64,000 nucleotides of DNA from the human T2T-CHM13v2.0 reference genome, Homo sapiens, in NCBI RefSeq assembly GCF_009914755.1, contig NC_060932.1, one strand, 5' to 3'. The notes under the pieces are model-generated. The model did no database searches. It was not told the origin of the DNA and saw nothing but the letters and a program-made list of their open reading frames with translations. Shown piece after piece: positions 45,016 to 58,950 of the stretch (positions are counted from its first letter, which is position 1; each line of letters begins with the position of its first letter). Both the position numbers and the translations under genes were made by a program.

Positions 45016-47782
45016 AACCCTAAGGTGAGGGAAATGAGGTTAAGAAGATGAGTGTCTCCAGAAGAATATCCCAGCAAGGGATCAGCTTCTTAGCTGCTTT
45101 TCCAGAATGATGGGTAAAGCAATAGCAGGCACACAGTTTCAATTTTTCTCCTTGGTTGCAGTTCACCCAAATTATCCCAGTCCTTGGGTGAAATCATTAA
45201 TACCCATATATCCTTGTAGAATTGTGTTGTGGGGAATGAGAAACAGCAAAGAGAACTATGGCCTGTCCTAAACCTGAGGTCTGGCCCTCATGAAAACATG
45301 TCATCCTGTTGAGGGCCTGTGTCCAGAAAACCTCCCAGATGCTAACTGGCAGCAGAGTGATCAGCTAGCCATGCAGCTGAGAGAGGGAGAGGGGCAGCTT
45401 CTTGCAGAATCATTCTGGAGGGTCTGCTGGAGTCAGGTAAGCCTTGCAGGTAGTTGGGGAGAAGCAGGATGCTATGCTTCTCTCCAGGTTACGTAATTTC
45501 AGGACTTAAAAATAAACATTCAACATGGGCACGTGTGTGTGTGTGTGTAGCAGAAAGGGCACCTAATTTGGGGCAAGCATCATTCCAAGTGTTATATTTG
45601 GAATAGGTCCAAATTTGATTGCTTTTTGCAGAGTATTATTATTTTCTTGTGATTGATGCCTGTGACCAAGAAAAGACCAGTACTTATAGCTTGGTGACAA
45701 TTCAGGCAACTTGGTCTTTACGATAACTAAGAAAGCCCTCCCTTTGTATTTTAATATAAATTTAAAAATTATTAACTTCTTTTTTGACTTCTTATTGCAT
45801 GCCAGAATCTTTGTCAAATATGCATATATGTCTGGATGTGTGTATATGTAATAATTAATTTAATTCTTACACTATCTCTAAAATGTTAGTATTATTATCT
45901 CTGTAAATAAAGAAACTGAGGTGAAAGGAGGGTAAATTGCTGTTCAAGAACTCAGGGCTGGCTGATCCCCCAAACCATGCATCTTTTTTTCTAGCAGGTT
46001 GCTTTCCTGTTACATATCTGGTGTAGCTTGAGGCATATTACATTTTTAAGAAAACTGTGCCTGCGACCATTTATAAATGCCAATATCTTATCCTCCTGTC
46101 AGCTAGCCACAGAGTTGTTCTTACCCACAGGTAAACAGAGCCATACAGTTGTGACCTATGGGGCACTAAAATGCTTGTTATTCCCTCAAACCTACCAGGA
46201 AGTCTAAAAATCTAATACTTTAAAAGTCTAATATTATAACATGATGTCTTAGGAAGGTATCATTATGGATTACTGGAAACAACACTGTCTCACAAAGGTC
46301 AGAATAGCCAGGTTCTTGGGCTTCAGGCTCCTCATTGATAAAAGAGTTTCTAGAACCAATAGTCTTCAAATTTCCCTCTTGTTACAAAGTTCAATATGTG
46401 TTTGATGTTATTTGTATTAAGATTTTGTGTCTTTTTGGAAAGATGACATATTAACCACAGATTACAAGGACTGATATCTGCATATTAATTTCTTACCATC
46501 ACCTAACAAAGAGCAATCCCTTAAGCAAAATGGTAGAAGGGTACGTAATCACCGTGAGCTTATATTGTAGGAAAAGAGTGAAAGAGCAGTCAGTTGTTGT
46601 AGGAGGGTAGTTAAGACATCATAGAATGCAACTCTGTGCTTCTTAGAAAATGTGTGATATCTGTGGGTGTCAAGAAGATGAAATACAAAGCAGCAGAAAA
46701 ATATATGCCTGAGCAACAGTCTCCACTCATAGGAAAGAGAGGTGGGCAGTACAGGTTGCCTTATTTAGAAAACTGTACCTTGAAGTGGTCCTGACTAGGA
46801 ATGATGCTCAGGAAGCCTAACAATGGAGAGTTTCAGCTCAGAGTCTTGATTCCAGTTTGTATTTAATTCTGCCTTGCTTGATGTCTGCTTTTTTATAAGT
46901 CCTTCACCTATGGGCCAGTAGTAACTTGCACAGCCAGAAATTCCTGATGCTGAGAACCAGCCAAGAAGTCAAGAAGCCACTGAAAGTTGGACTCTTGGCT
47001 TCATGCCTCCTGCTCTAGTCTTATGTTAGTACCTGAGAGGTCTAGCAAGGTCTCCATCCCCAAATCCTATTGCCAACTTACTTGGCAAGAGACATGCATC
47101 ACTGGATTAAGGCTAAATGGTCAACTTTTTCATTTTAATGTTCTTGCCCTTAATTAATAGTTTAGTCTTTCAGGCCTTCATTTGTTACACTTAAATGAAT
47201 TTTGTAATTAGCTTTGCATCTCAGGTTTGTTTCTCCATTTAAGTCTAGAAAAGCAGCCAATTAGTTCTATTTTCCCATTCTGTCTCACTTTTTTAGAACA
47301 ATTTCCCAATGTCTAATTGCTTAAGTACAACTAATATAATCCAACGAGATCATAAACTGGGCACTGCTTAGTGCCCACGAAGTACTTAGTGCCTCACTAA
47401 GTAAGCTGGCACTTGGTTAAAAGATTATTGAATTTATCAAGCATTTGGCCCAGTACAGCTCCTAACAAATGCATTTTGAGGATATGACAGTCCTGGTGAG
47501 TGAGTTAAGACTCATTATTTGGGTTGCTACTGCCCTTGCATGAAAACTGTGATTGTTGTCAAGTCCATTAGCTGCTTTACAAAACAAGAGCTGTCATTTC
47601 ATTAAGCTGCCTTACACATATCAACAGCTCCAGGGTGAATTCTGGTCACTTCTTGTCTATGTCACAATTCTTTCTGAAAGCTGACTTCCCCTGGTGTGTG
47701 CCGGCAGCCTACAAGTCTTCATTGTATAAGGAGATTCCATGAATCTAACAGAAGAAGAAGCAACTGGTTTAAAAATCACTGA

Positions 47783-48046
<264 letters not shown>

Positions 48047-48274
48047 TCATAGAAAGTTTGATTTTAAAAATTTTGCCTTCTTAGTCAAGTATCAATTAGT
48101 AAAGAAAGAACAAAAAAATTGAAATTAGAGCATTACGTGATAAACTCAGTTCACTTTTTGGTTAAGAGTAGAGCAGGCAGTGTATTTCAGAAATCTACTT
48201 TGCAATCCAGTGTTCTTTCTGAGAAATCACACACTGTCCCTCTGATGGCCTTCATGTCTTAATTTCTTTAGATC

Positions 48275-49430
48275 TTCATTTACTTAATAAATATATACCG
48301 AGTCCTTCTTTTATGCCAGGTATTATTTCAGAGCTGGAGTTATGTCAGTGAACAAGACTGAGTTCCTGCCTTCACAGAACTTAAGTTCTAGCTAGATAGA
48401 CCAATCAATATAAAGTATGATATTACATGATGTTAAGTAAAATAAACCAGGGTAATGGGGATAGAGTATAATGAAGTGCCCTTTAAGATAAGGGGTTAGA
48501 AAAGGCCTCTTTGAGGCTGCCTTGTGAGGGCAGTGCTTTAGCTGAACTGAGGGTAAACAACAAGCCACGCAGAGAGGAAAATTGCAAAGACCCCGAGGAA
48601 AAAATAAATTCTGTATGTTTGTGTTCACGAATTAGCAATGAGGCCAGTGTGTTCGGAACAGTGAAGGTTGCTTAGAATAGTAGGAGATAAGTGCATATTT
48701 ATAGATAATGATTATTTCTGCTTCCTCTATGAGTAGAATTGCAATTCCACTGAATGCAGAAAGAGAACATTTATCCTATTAAGAAGACTGATAAGTGGCT
48801 TCATAATCTGGAAATATTAAATTTTCTCAATGATAAAAGACCAATTCAAACCCACATGACTACTGAGGCCAATATTGTCTTTTAATTTCAACCTAAATTG
48901 GCTGAGCGCCAACTGTGTGTGAGGCTCTGGAAGACACACAGTGAAGCAGAAACTAACATTCTTTCTTTACAAATGAGTGCCCAAAAAGTAAAAAAAAAAA
49001 AAATAGAACAAGTAGGAGAAAACATTAAAAAGACAGAATATGAGGTATCATCGAAGATGTCAAAAGTGCTGAGATGTTCAGTGGGAGGATGGAATGTAGC
49101 TTGCTGAAAGATGCAGACAGGTGTGATAAAGAAAGGTGCCATACCGACTGGGAGTAAATGAAGAGCAAGACATTGACCCGTAAGAGACAGGTTACCTGGG
49201 AACTGTTACAAGCTGAGGAAATAGTATTAGTAAAGGCAGGAATGTGGGTAAGAGAGATACTTGTCTTGGAACAGAGTCCAACTAGTTGGAACATAGGATA
49301 AGGGAATATGGTCGATAAAGTCAACAAATTAATGCAGAGCTTTAATACTTTAATTAGGAACTTGACCCTAATTAATTAGGCACTACAGAGCTATTAAAGG
49401 TTTTGCATCAGAGAGGCAATGATGACAAAG
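48275..49430 (-). mobile_element. L2 fragments (reverse)
   Basis: cattt...tatgccaggtatt...cagtgaacaagactgagttcctgccttcacagaactt; tgtgtgaggctctggaagacaca; gagctattaaaggttttg. Confidence 0.65.
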
Positions 49431-50443
49431 AGAATGAGTTACATTCCCTTTGTCCTTTATGCAGTTATCATTGAGGAATTTAGGCATATTGGTGCTTTTC
49501 TAACTTTTTTAAACTTTGAAACTTTCTTGCCCATTGAAATATTTCAAAAAGACTCAAATCTATAGACAGGTAAAAATAGAATTTATTTGTTTTGAAATAG
49601 GATACAAATTCCTGACTTCTTAACCCCTTTCTTTACATCTCAAGATGTCCCAAAGGCATTTTCAAGGAAACTTAGAACTATGAGAAAAACAGTTTGAAAA
49701 CCATTGAACCAAAGCATCTTGAATCTACTTTCATTTTCTAACCACTTTTTAGGAGAGATTAACTTTCATTTGGTAAAATGTTGCATTAACTTTTCCTTCT
49801 CTTAAAAGGTATTTCTTTCAAAAATCAATGCGTTGTCAGCACACACACAACTTATACCCCATCCACTGTAATATCTGAGATTGGATCATGAAGCTCACAG
49901 CTACCTAGATAACCGAGGCCAAGTAGAAGATTCAAGTCAATCAGATTAATAGCTTATAAGAGGCTTCAGAACCTTAGGATAATATAATTTGAATTTTAAA
50001 AGTGGTTTCCCTGGCTCTAAAAAAACTTAAGGGAGTGTCAGCCAAGAGTTAATACGATCCATTCTTTTTAAAAGGTTATTTTCCCAGGAGGGGCTCACTT
50101 CTGTTTTTACAAACATGAATCTTCTGAGTACCTGAAAATGGAAGTGAGGATGAGGTCAGTAGAGATCTTATTTTGGTAGATGAGCCCATCAAAAAGAGCA
50201 GAAATGAATTTAGACTCACCTACTTCTCCACTATACACATCTTAACATAGAGCCTGGGTGTGAATTAACAGCAAAACATTTATTTGTGCATCAATCTGTT
50301 CAAATTTGTCGCTCTGGTTCAAAAAGAGAGAAAATTGAAGAATTTCTGCATTCTCACAAATGTTATTCTCTTCATTTTTCACAGTTGCTTCTGTACACTC
50401 TTCAACTGTGCTGACTTCCCCCAGAGAATTCAGACACCTCTCT

Positions 50444-50667
50444 AAAAAGATGCCTGTTGTGGGAGTCGGAGGGTTGCAGTGAGCTGCGATCACGCCACTG
50501 CACTCCAGCCTGGTAACAAAGCGAGACTCCATCTCAAACAAACAAACAAACAAAAAATGCCTGTTTTGGGAGTCGGAGGGTTGCAGTGAGCTGCGATCAC
50601 GCCACTGCACTCCAGCCTGGTAACAAAGCGAGACTCCATCTCAAAAAAAAAAAAAAAAAATGCCTGT
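50444..50667 (+). mobile_element. Tandem pair of 3' Alu fragments (AluSc-like) separated and flanked by the same TSD
   Basis: gggagtcggaggg...gactccatctcaaa is identical at 50461-50538 and 50568-50645 (107-bp period). aaa..atgcctgt occurs three times (ending at 50457, 50564, 50667). Confidence 0.95.
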
Positions 50668-52113
50668 AGTGGTTGCTATCAATTCTGGGTGCCTGGCAGA
50701 ACACCCCTTTACATACCAGCCTCCCCTGTGGAGTTGGTGTAAGATTGAAGAAGTACGATGAGAAGATGGCATAACTTCATGCTTGTGGAGCAACGGTGGG
50801 CTTCGATCTGCTCTGTCTCATTCTAACAATTATTTCTGCACATGAACACATGTCCTCTCCAGTGGGCTCTGCAGTTTGCTCTTCAAAACTTATTCTACCA
50901 GCCTCCAATTCTGAAGCAGAGAAATGGCTTGAAGAATAAATCTTAGGCTGAATCTTTATTGGCCTTTGTCTTTCCCATATCAAGAATGGTCCAATGAGTC
51001 CCAAAAGGGCAGACTTTGTGGTTTGTGTAGCTTTGACATGTTTATTCCAGGGCTCAACTTACACCTGACTTGAAGATTTATTTTTCTTTCTTTCCAAAAG
51101 CGAGGATGGCTGTTTAAATGAAAATGAGGTAGCCCAAGGAAGAAGATGTAAGTTAGAGACTGTGTTTTGCTTTGCCAGGACAGTAAAATATTAACAGATA
51201 AAATCAGGAATTCTAGGCTCAGGGCCAGGCATAATTACTTACTAATTCCATAATATTTTAGATAGCTTAAGTTTCTTGAACATCTACTGCTTTCTCAGTG
51301 AATTGGGAAAGAAAATAGTTTCTGCCTCACAGGATTATAGTGTACCTTATATGATTAAGCTGTTCTGAACCCACTTGGAAAAGTCTAAAATTTAAACAGC
51401 TAAGTAAAAACACATTTAAACATGGGAAATGTGTGGTGGTATCATTTTGAAACACCTTTCAACAAGACACCAGAGATTTAAATAGAATTGCCCACGCATC
51501 CACTTTTCTCACATCGAATTGGGAAAGGGGCCAGAAGAGAGGAGTATGTGAATGAAGTTGAACAAAATTAATGGATTCTCAATGAGCAGATCCAGATCTT
51601 ATCAGTGTTTGCCACAGAAGCAGGAAACTGGCAGCACTTGTGTTATGGATGAAGCAAAACAGGGTGGAGAGGAAGAGGACATTGCCACTTGTTGATCCAT
51701 GGAAAAGATCAGAAGATTAACCAAAAGCTACACTAGTGGTATTTGAACTGCTCTTGACTGACCCTTCTTAGAAACCTCCATGACATGTGGACATATGGCA
51801 GAAAGAAAGGGTGCAGAGATGTGGAGGATAAACCAGCAGAGCTCTGAGATCCTCCAGTGGGTAGCTCTACTTATCAATTTTACATATTAAGCTTCCAGTT
51901 TTGTTTGAAAAAATGGTAAACAATCCCCAAAGAAAAGCTCTCTATTCTTCAATGTCTGCCTAAATGACACCATTGACAACTATATCACCGCATCTTGGGA
52001 AAATTCCTTACATCTAGGGAATAGCCAAAGCTATTAGGGAATTTTCATTATATTGAAAGGACATCTCTTTTTTGTACATATTGATCTTATTTCCATCATT
52101 CAGGCATGACACC

Positions 52114-52489
52114 TGTATTAGTCCGTTTTCATACTGCTATAAAGAACTGCCTGAGACTGGGTAATTTATAAAGGAAAGATGTTTAATTGACTGGCAATTC
52201 AGCATGGCTGGGGAGGCCTCAGGAAACTTACAATCATGGTGGAAGGTGAAGGGGAAGCAAGTCACCTTCTTCACAGGGTGGCAGGAAGAAGTGCCAAATG
52301 AGAAGGGGAAGAGCCCTTAATAAAACCATCAGATCTCCTGAGAACTCACTCACTATCATGAGAACAGCATGGGGAAAACCCCCTCCATGATTCAATTACC
52401 TCCAACGGGTCTCTCCCTTGACACATGGGGATTATGGGGATTACAATTCAAGATGAGATTTGGGTGGTGACACAAAATCTAACCATCTA
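52114..52489 (-). mobile_element. THE1 (THE1C/D-like) solo LTR
   Basis: TGTATTAGTCCGTTTTCATACTGCTATAAAGAACTGCCTGAGACTGGG...gagatttgggtggtgacaca. TSD acacc at 52109-52113 and 52490-52494. Confidence 0.95.
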
Positions 52490-55400
52490 ACACCTACAGA
52501 AATCATCTATTCCCTCTTTTCCATGATGGGTTTTCAACTATTTGAAGTCTGTTAACTTGCTGTTTCTGCATTTCTTCTTAATGCTAGGATTCCAGTAACC
52601 CCTTTTCAGATGACATTGTTTTGAATCTCCTCACGGCTCTGCTTTCTCTACTATAAAAGTTCCTGAGTTTGTGTACATGCCTATGCAGTGCACTTATTTT
52701 AAAACAAATTGATTGATATTGCCTATCTAAAATGAGACAAGCTAGAATATTGAATGCCTTGATTTGGGTGGACATTGGCAAACATTTGAAATCCAGAAAT
52801 CTATTGCAATCAGTCTCTTTTTATGTTCTATGATTTACCACCCTCATTGTCTCAAATTCCAGTAAATTTTTGTAAGGATTAATATCCTTACTGACAATTC
52901 TGAAAAAAATTCAGTGCCTCTGCTTTCATGGTCACCAGGAGCCCTGAGCATCTATTAACTCTAAATTTTAATTGCATGATGATTGTCCTAATGTCCTTTG
53001 TTGCCTGTGCTTTCCTTCTAATATCTTATTAGCCCTGATGTGAACTTAGCACCTTTTCTATTCTTTCATCACACTTCTACATCAGAACACATTCACATAA
53101 AATGTTTTGTTTGTATCAGACTTTATGATTTTAGCAGATGGAGCGGCTTGCTTTAAACAATGTTGATTCCTTAAAAAAAAACTTTTTTTTTTTAAGTTAA
53201 ACAACAAGCTCCTTGGCCATTTCTAAGAGACCTTCAGCTTTTGGACCTCGTGTTCGGATCCCTTTTCCTCCTCTGTCTTTGCCTTTCTCTTTCAGCAGCA
53301 AAGCCACATAGCCCTCATTTTCTTCTTTAGAGCAATTTTGTTCTCTTTATTTCTTATCCTCAAACTTAGCTGATGTCTCTGTTAAAGTTTTGAAATTTTT
53401 ATTTGGAAGAACCCATCAAGTTATATTTCTGCTAAAGTGGTTTTTCCAGTTCTTATTTATGAGAAGGGCTGTTTTATTAAGCACAAATTTTATTAATATA
53501 GTTTAAGTGCCATCACACATTTGGGGGGTTACTTCTATTTAATATTTTCATCAGTCAAATTAAGTGTATAATTTAGCATGGAGATTTGTACCTATCGGGA
53601 GTGTCCTAAGAATAAACATGTTCAGGTAATGTAAAGCAATCACATTGGCTGATTTGAATTTTATTTTCTGGCCTCGGGCCACATGATGGTGAAAGGATTA
53701 AATGTAAGTTACACTAGCAAGCAACAGAAGAGAAAAACTGGATAATTCAGCTATAAAATCACTGATTCGAGCATACCACCTCCATGGTCTCTGAGGAGCT
53801 GCGGAAATACTGTTCACAGCACTTTCTTTCAGAAGCAGTTCTTCCAGACCTGCTACAACAGCTGATTGTGATGTTCAGCAGGGAAACTCAGGCAGATGTT
53901 GCATAAGGTCCTTTTTCTCACCTCCTACAGGAGTGCAATATGAATTAAAAGAACATTTATATTGTTAAACCCACCAAAAACGAAATACTGTCCCCAAGCC
54001 TCATGGTACAGAGCTACAGAGGCTAAACATAGCTTGATTTTTCAAGCGAAGGGTCTCTCAATATCTGTGTTTGAATATTAAGAGAGGGAGGAATAACAGA
54101 GGAAAGAGAGTTACTGTGAAAGAAAAGTATATTCAGGTAATTAAGTACATACAGAGAATGACAGTCAGAATTTTAAATTAACAAGCCCAACATTACTGGA
54201 AAGGAATGTGTCTCTTTCTGTGGCCTTGGCTTACTCCCAATGTAGAAGCACTATCTGCCTAAAATTATCAGCTACAGTGGAGTCTGTTCCGTGGTCTCCG
54301 TGTGCAGCACAATCATCCAAGGTCTATGCTTGATGGCCCCTGTAATACCATGTTACTGGAGGGAAACACTAAAATATCTATTTATATATACCTTTGATCT
54401 CATTATATTACTTTTCTTTTATAGCTTATTTAACGTACATATTCCACAGTGCATTTATATCACTTACAAATAAACGTGTGTAGATGTATACACACCCATG
54501 CACTTAATTTTTTTGCAATAAGGAATTTATAATAAAAGTAATTTTGAATACCACTATTTTAAAGGATTTATGGAGTCATCAGGTATCTGTTTACAAATGG
54601 GATTGAAAATACTCTGGTGAAAAAACTCAATCTCACTTTGGCTGTATCTGAAAGTTCAATGGAAACTACATGGCAAATCCTTTAGAACTGGCCTAGATTT
54701 TTTTTTTCTTGCTTAAGGACTTGTACAGATAGAGATCACTTTCCAGACACCTACTTAGGAATAAGCCCTTTTGTAACAGCTTGAGAAGAAAATGGTTTTC
54801 TGGGGTTCTTAGGAAATGGGACTGGTACAAAGGAAGGATGCTAACGTCTTTAAAAAGACAAGCTCTTTTTACATTGTAAATAAATGGGTGATTTTCATGA
54901 TTTTTACCTTTGCTTTGTTAAGTTGTCACCTATTTGGACACTCTCAACCTACATATGGAGTTGAAACCGTGAGCATCAACCCATATTCCAAGGCTCCGCA
55001 GGAACTCCGTATATGATGGAAGATCAGACACGTCACGGTCAACTACAGAGGCATGCATTTTCCTAATAACCAGTTCTCACCAAAGAAGCTAAGTATATCT
55101 ACAGGCAGAGCATGATGTGGTGACAACTAATGTTTTAGTTTTAAAACTATTCACGGCTGAGGCATCAAAGTCTGTTGTCATGAATAATGTAGTTCTGCAA
55201 ATGATGTGAATTGATGGGACAGTTTTATTGTGAATGTCAGGTTTAGGCTTAGGTCAGAATTTCAGTTTTACTTTTTTTTTTTTTTTGAACATAAATATTA
55301 GCATAGAAATTTGCTACATCCCTAACCCCTGAAACAAAAAGGAGAAAATAAAATTTTGCTGATTTCAGAAACCTGGCAAATATATTTTTTAAAGTTAGGG

Positions 55401-56479
55401 TGAAACTTGGTTTTTACTTGTAAGTCTGAGCATTCTTTAACTTGGTTTACCCTAAAATAAAACGGGCAATGACTCTAGGTTGGATGAGGCCAGATTCATG
55501 AAGACCTGGGCCTTCCCAAGGGATGACATTTTTACTTCCTACAACTGGGAAAATCAACAGAAATTTGAAATTGCTTCTCTGGGCCATAAAATAACAAGGG
55601 ATCTGAGTTTATCTACCTTGATTACCACAGAATTAAATAAACTAAAAATAGCTTGGTTAGGAGACTGATAGAAAAATACCCTGGGAAGGTCTTTTTTTAT
55701 GGGAATCTTTTGGGCATGAATGACAAGACTGTCATTGATTTATGACTCTTTGTTACTGAGATGAGCATGGCCAGGCCAGTTCTATCAGCAAGAAGGCAAA
55801 CTACTTAATCATATTCATATCCTCTTGATTTATTTTCAATTGCCATCACTGCTTTTTTTTTTTTTTTTTGCATTTGGTTTGGTTTGGTTTGAATGTCAGC
55901 CATCCCTCATGACCTAGGTTACAAAGGAAAAACAAAAAGAGAGGCTTTATAGGAACTTGAACATGGAATAGCTCTTTCCCTGTACTCCAGTGGTGAGTAA
56001 AGTCAAAATAAATCAGGAATAAATTCTGACAGCCAATGAGCAGGCCTCAAATTGGCCCTGAGCCATTCCATAGTTGTTTTATAATTACATCTTCACATAC
56101 AGCAGATTTACATGTGTTAAGATTCATTTAGAAATGGCACATGGGCACCTGCAATTTGGCATTCCAGTTAGAGCCCTAGTGTATCACACACTTGATTAAT
56201 AAACTCTGAAGTGCTGAAATGATTGTGTGTCATTAATCATATTCTCTTCTACCTCTGTATTACCTGAAATCATTAGAGGAGAAAGCCTGAAGTGCAATCA
56301 GCTACCAGCATGTTAATGCAATGACTGGACTCTTAGCTCCAAACAGGCTAAAGAAAATAAGTGGGAAATTACACTATATCTGGTTTTCATGTCGGGAAGA
56401 TTGTGCTGCAACCCTTCTTTAAAACATGGGACATCTTATGAAAATCACCTTTTAATAATACCTAACAGAATTTATGACT

Positions 56480-56503
56480 ACAGACAGACAGACAGATAGA
56501 CAG
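56480..56503. repeat. Short (CAGA)n tetranucleotide repeat
   Basis: acagacagacagacagatagacag. Confidence 0.8.
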
Positions 56504-57366
56504 TTTCACCTACTAGAATAAACATCAGAAGAGCTCACTGCTTTGTGGAGAAGGAAGTCCCCAGTAGGAATTCAGTTTTTGCCTAACAGCTGAAAGGGAT
56601 CATGAAAAAACAGTAAGTTCTTCAACATCATCAGTTACCTGATTCATATTTGCACATATGTAATTCACTCCATCAGTCAGTGCTTACCAGGAGATAACAC
56701 AGGCTTTTGAGGTATAGATCCATGTGTCTATTTTTCATTTAGATCGATTAGACTTATAGTCTGGATGTTTAAAGAGATTGCAGCAAAATTCAGGACATAT
56801 CTGGTACAAGACCACACAATGTACATCGGCTGGTCGATGGAGACTTCTTCCCTATCAGGAATGCACTGAATTATTGTATACCTAAGAATTGATGTCTACT
56901 TGAGAAACTATAAATGAGTATAGGCTTTTACAAGGCAAAGGCAAAGAATGAAGAAATCTTTCAAATAAGACAAGATAAATCACTATGAGTTCTGGATCAT
57001 AATATTGAAAGGGATTTTAATATTCAGACTGAAGTTGGGTAGAGATATTTACTTTGAATCAAATAACTTTTCTGCACATTATTTCTTATAATCTAAATAG
57101 TAAATCTTTCTATGTCAAGGATCCTGAAAGAGCAACCCTATTCCCTAATTTTCAAGAAGATTTGTTAGTGGAATTATTCCTTAAATGTTCTCCTGGCTGA
57201 ACAGATCACCCAGCCTGTGATGCATCGGGCTACAATTGCTTGGTATATATGTTGAATAATATGATGAAATATGCTATTTTCCCCTATTTTTCCTATATTA
57301 TTGAATTGGCCCTGGAAATTACTCAGGCTAAGAATGGAAAAATGCCATATTAGATATATACATACC

Positions 57367-57720
57367 TGTATTAGTCTGTTCTCATTCTGCTAATAAAGAC
57401 ATACCCAAGACTCGGTAATTTATAAAGGAAAGTTTAATTCACAGTTCCACATGGGTGGGAAGGCCTCACAATTATGCAGAAGGTGAAAGGCACATGTTAC
57501 ATGGTGGCAGGCAAGAGAGAATGAGAATCAAGTGAAATGGGTTTCCCCTTATAAAACCATCGGATCTCATGAGACTTTATTCACTACCATGAGAACAGCA
57601 TGTTGGAATCTGCCCCCATGATTCAATTATCTCCTACCGGGTCCCTCCTACAGCATGTGGGAATTATGGGAGGTACAGTTCAAAATGAGATTTGGGTGGG
57701 GACACAGCCAAACCATATCA
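57367..57720 (-). mobile_element. THE1 (THE1B-like) solo LTR
   Basis: TGTATTAGTCTGTTCTCATTCTGCTAATAAAGACATACCC...GGGGACACAGCCAAACCATATCA. TSD atacc (57362-57366) / acacc (57721-57725). Confidence 0.95.
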
Positions 57721-57929
57721 ACACCTCATGACAATACTCACAAAAACTCAGTAGTTCAATTCTGAGGTCTTCTCTCATTATTTGTAAAGTGAAGGACTTG
57801 GGCCAGGTGATCTCTGAGATTGTGTCCAGTTGACATGCCCCAGGAATCTTCACCGAATGCACAGAGATATAAATTCCATGAGGGCAAAGACTTTGGTAAT
57901 CCTGTCCACCACAATTTTTCAAAGGAAAT

Positions 57930-58110
57930 TTACATCCATTACTTTACCTGTTTCCCACATTAATCCTGTCAGGCAGTTGTATCAGAAACTGCTATATTTA
58001 TTTTGCAGAAGGGAAACCTGAAACTAGGAAGTGAAGTGACTTTCCAAATCTCACACATCAGTGGCTAAGCCAGGACCTGAACCCATGTGTTTTATGCCCG
58101 GCTGTTGTCT
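57930..58110 (-). mobile_element. MIR fragment
   Basis: ttaatcctgtc...ttttgcagaagggaaacctgaaactaggaagtgaagtgactttccaaatctcacac...ggacctgaaccca. Confidence 0.7.
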
Positions 58111-58159
58111 AGTGGGCACCACCATCAAACACACTGAGTTGTATCTTTGGCCTAGAGCC

Positions 58160-58950
58160 ACTGGTGTCCTGGGAAACATTAAACAATCTGATTCCCAAGG
58201 GGGTTCAGAAATGAATACACATCTATGTACATAGATAGAGTTGTATGTATACATATATGCATACACATTTATTATCGGTTTTACTGACATGAAGGATGTA
58301 TAACACATTTACAAATAATATAAAATTATATAATAATTGTTAAGCTATAGGTCATATAGCCATTGATTCCTGAAGAATGCCTTTATTGATCTCTATTAGA
58401 ATTTTGCATTTGAAGCCAAGCTACGGTTGCAGTTCAACTCTGATTTGACAAATAGAGTTTCTTCCCAATCTACTAGCAATTTCCCAAAAAATGTATGGTC
58501 ATTACATTTGATGTGCTGTACTGTTAAACAATTTCTAACCCTTATATAATTATATTGGTTAAACTGAAACCTTTTTCAGCTTCCACTAAGACAACTTCCT
58601 ATTTGTTGTGTTTGTTGATTTCAGAGTTGGAAATACTCCATGGCCAAGATCAAGCCACCAATGTGACATTACCAAGTAGAGTCGGGATGAGATGCACAGT
58701 AATGCACTGTCATATAGTATTTCCATTCTAGAGATACAACAGACATAAATAAACTCAACACCATAGGTAATAATAAAATGTAATGAAATAATTAGGAAGT
58801 AATGAGTTTCAAACATTTATTATCTTTGACTTTAATATAAATTATTTTATTGTAAGCTTATATAACTTAAGTTTTAAAAATGACTGTTTAACAACCAGTT
58901 TGAGTTTGCAACATTTCTGAAAAGTTAATAATTGTCTTTGTTACAAACAG
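58160..58950. mobile_element. MER63-like hAT-Blackjack element
   Basis: ccactggtgtcctgggaaacattaaacaa at the left end. Internal atactccatggc...caagccaccaatgtgac...tagtatttcca...aataattaggaagt...tgtttaacaaccagt. Confidence 0.65.

Noticed and set aside
46110-46140. Possible recursive splice sites (pyrimidine tract + CAG|GT), also near 1519, 11289, 15837 and 41568
   Set aside because: None regenerates a strong GTAAG/GTGAG donor, and such motifs are frequent by chance in AT-rich DNA.
47070-47088. Palindrome TTGCCAA-N5-TTGGCAA as an NFI site
   Set aside because: The half-sites are in the opposite order to the NFI consensus TTGGC-N5-GCCAA.
53170-53196. A9/T11 inverted tract resembling a terminator hairpin
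   Set aside because: Simple homopolymer juxtaposition in eukaryotic DNA with no supporting context.
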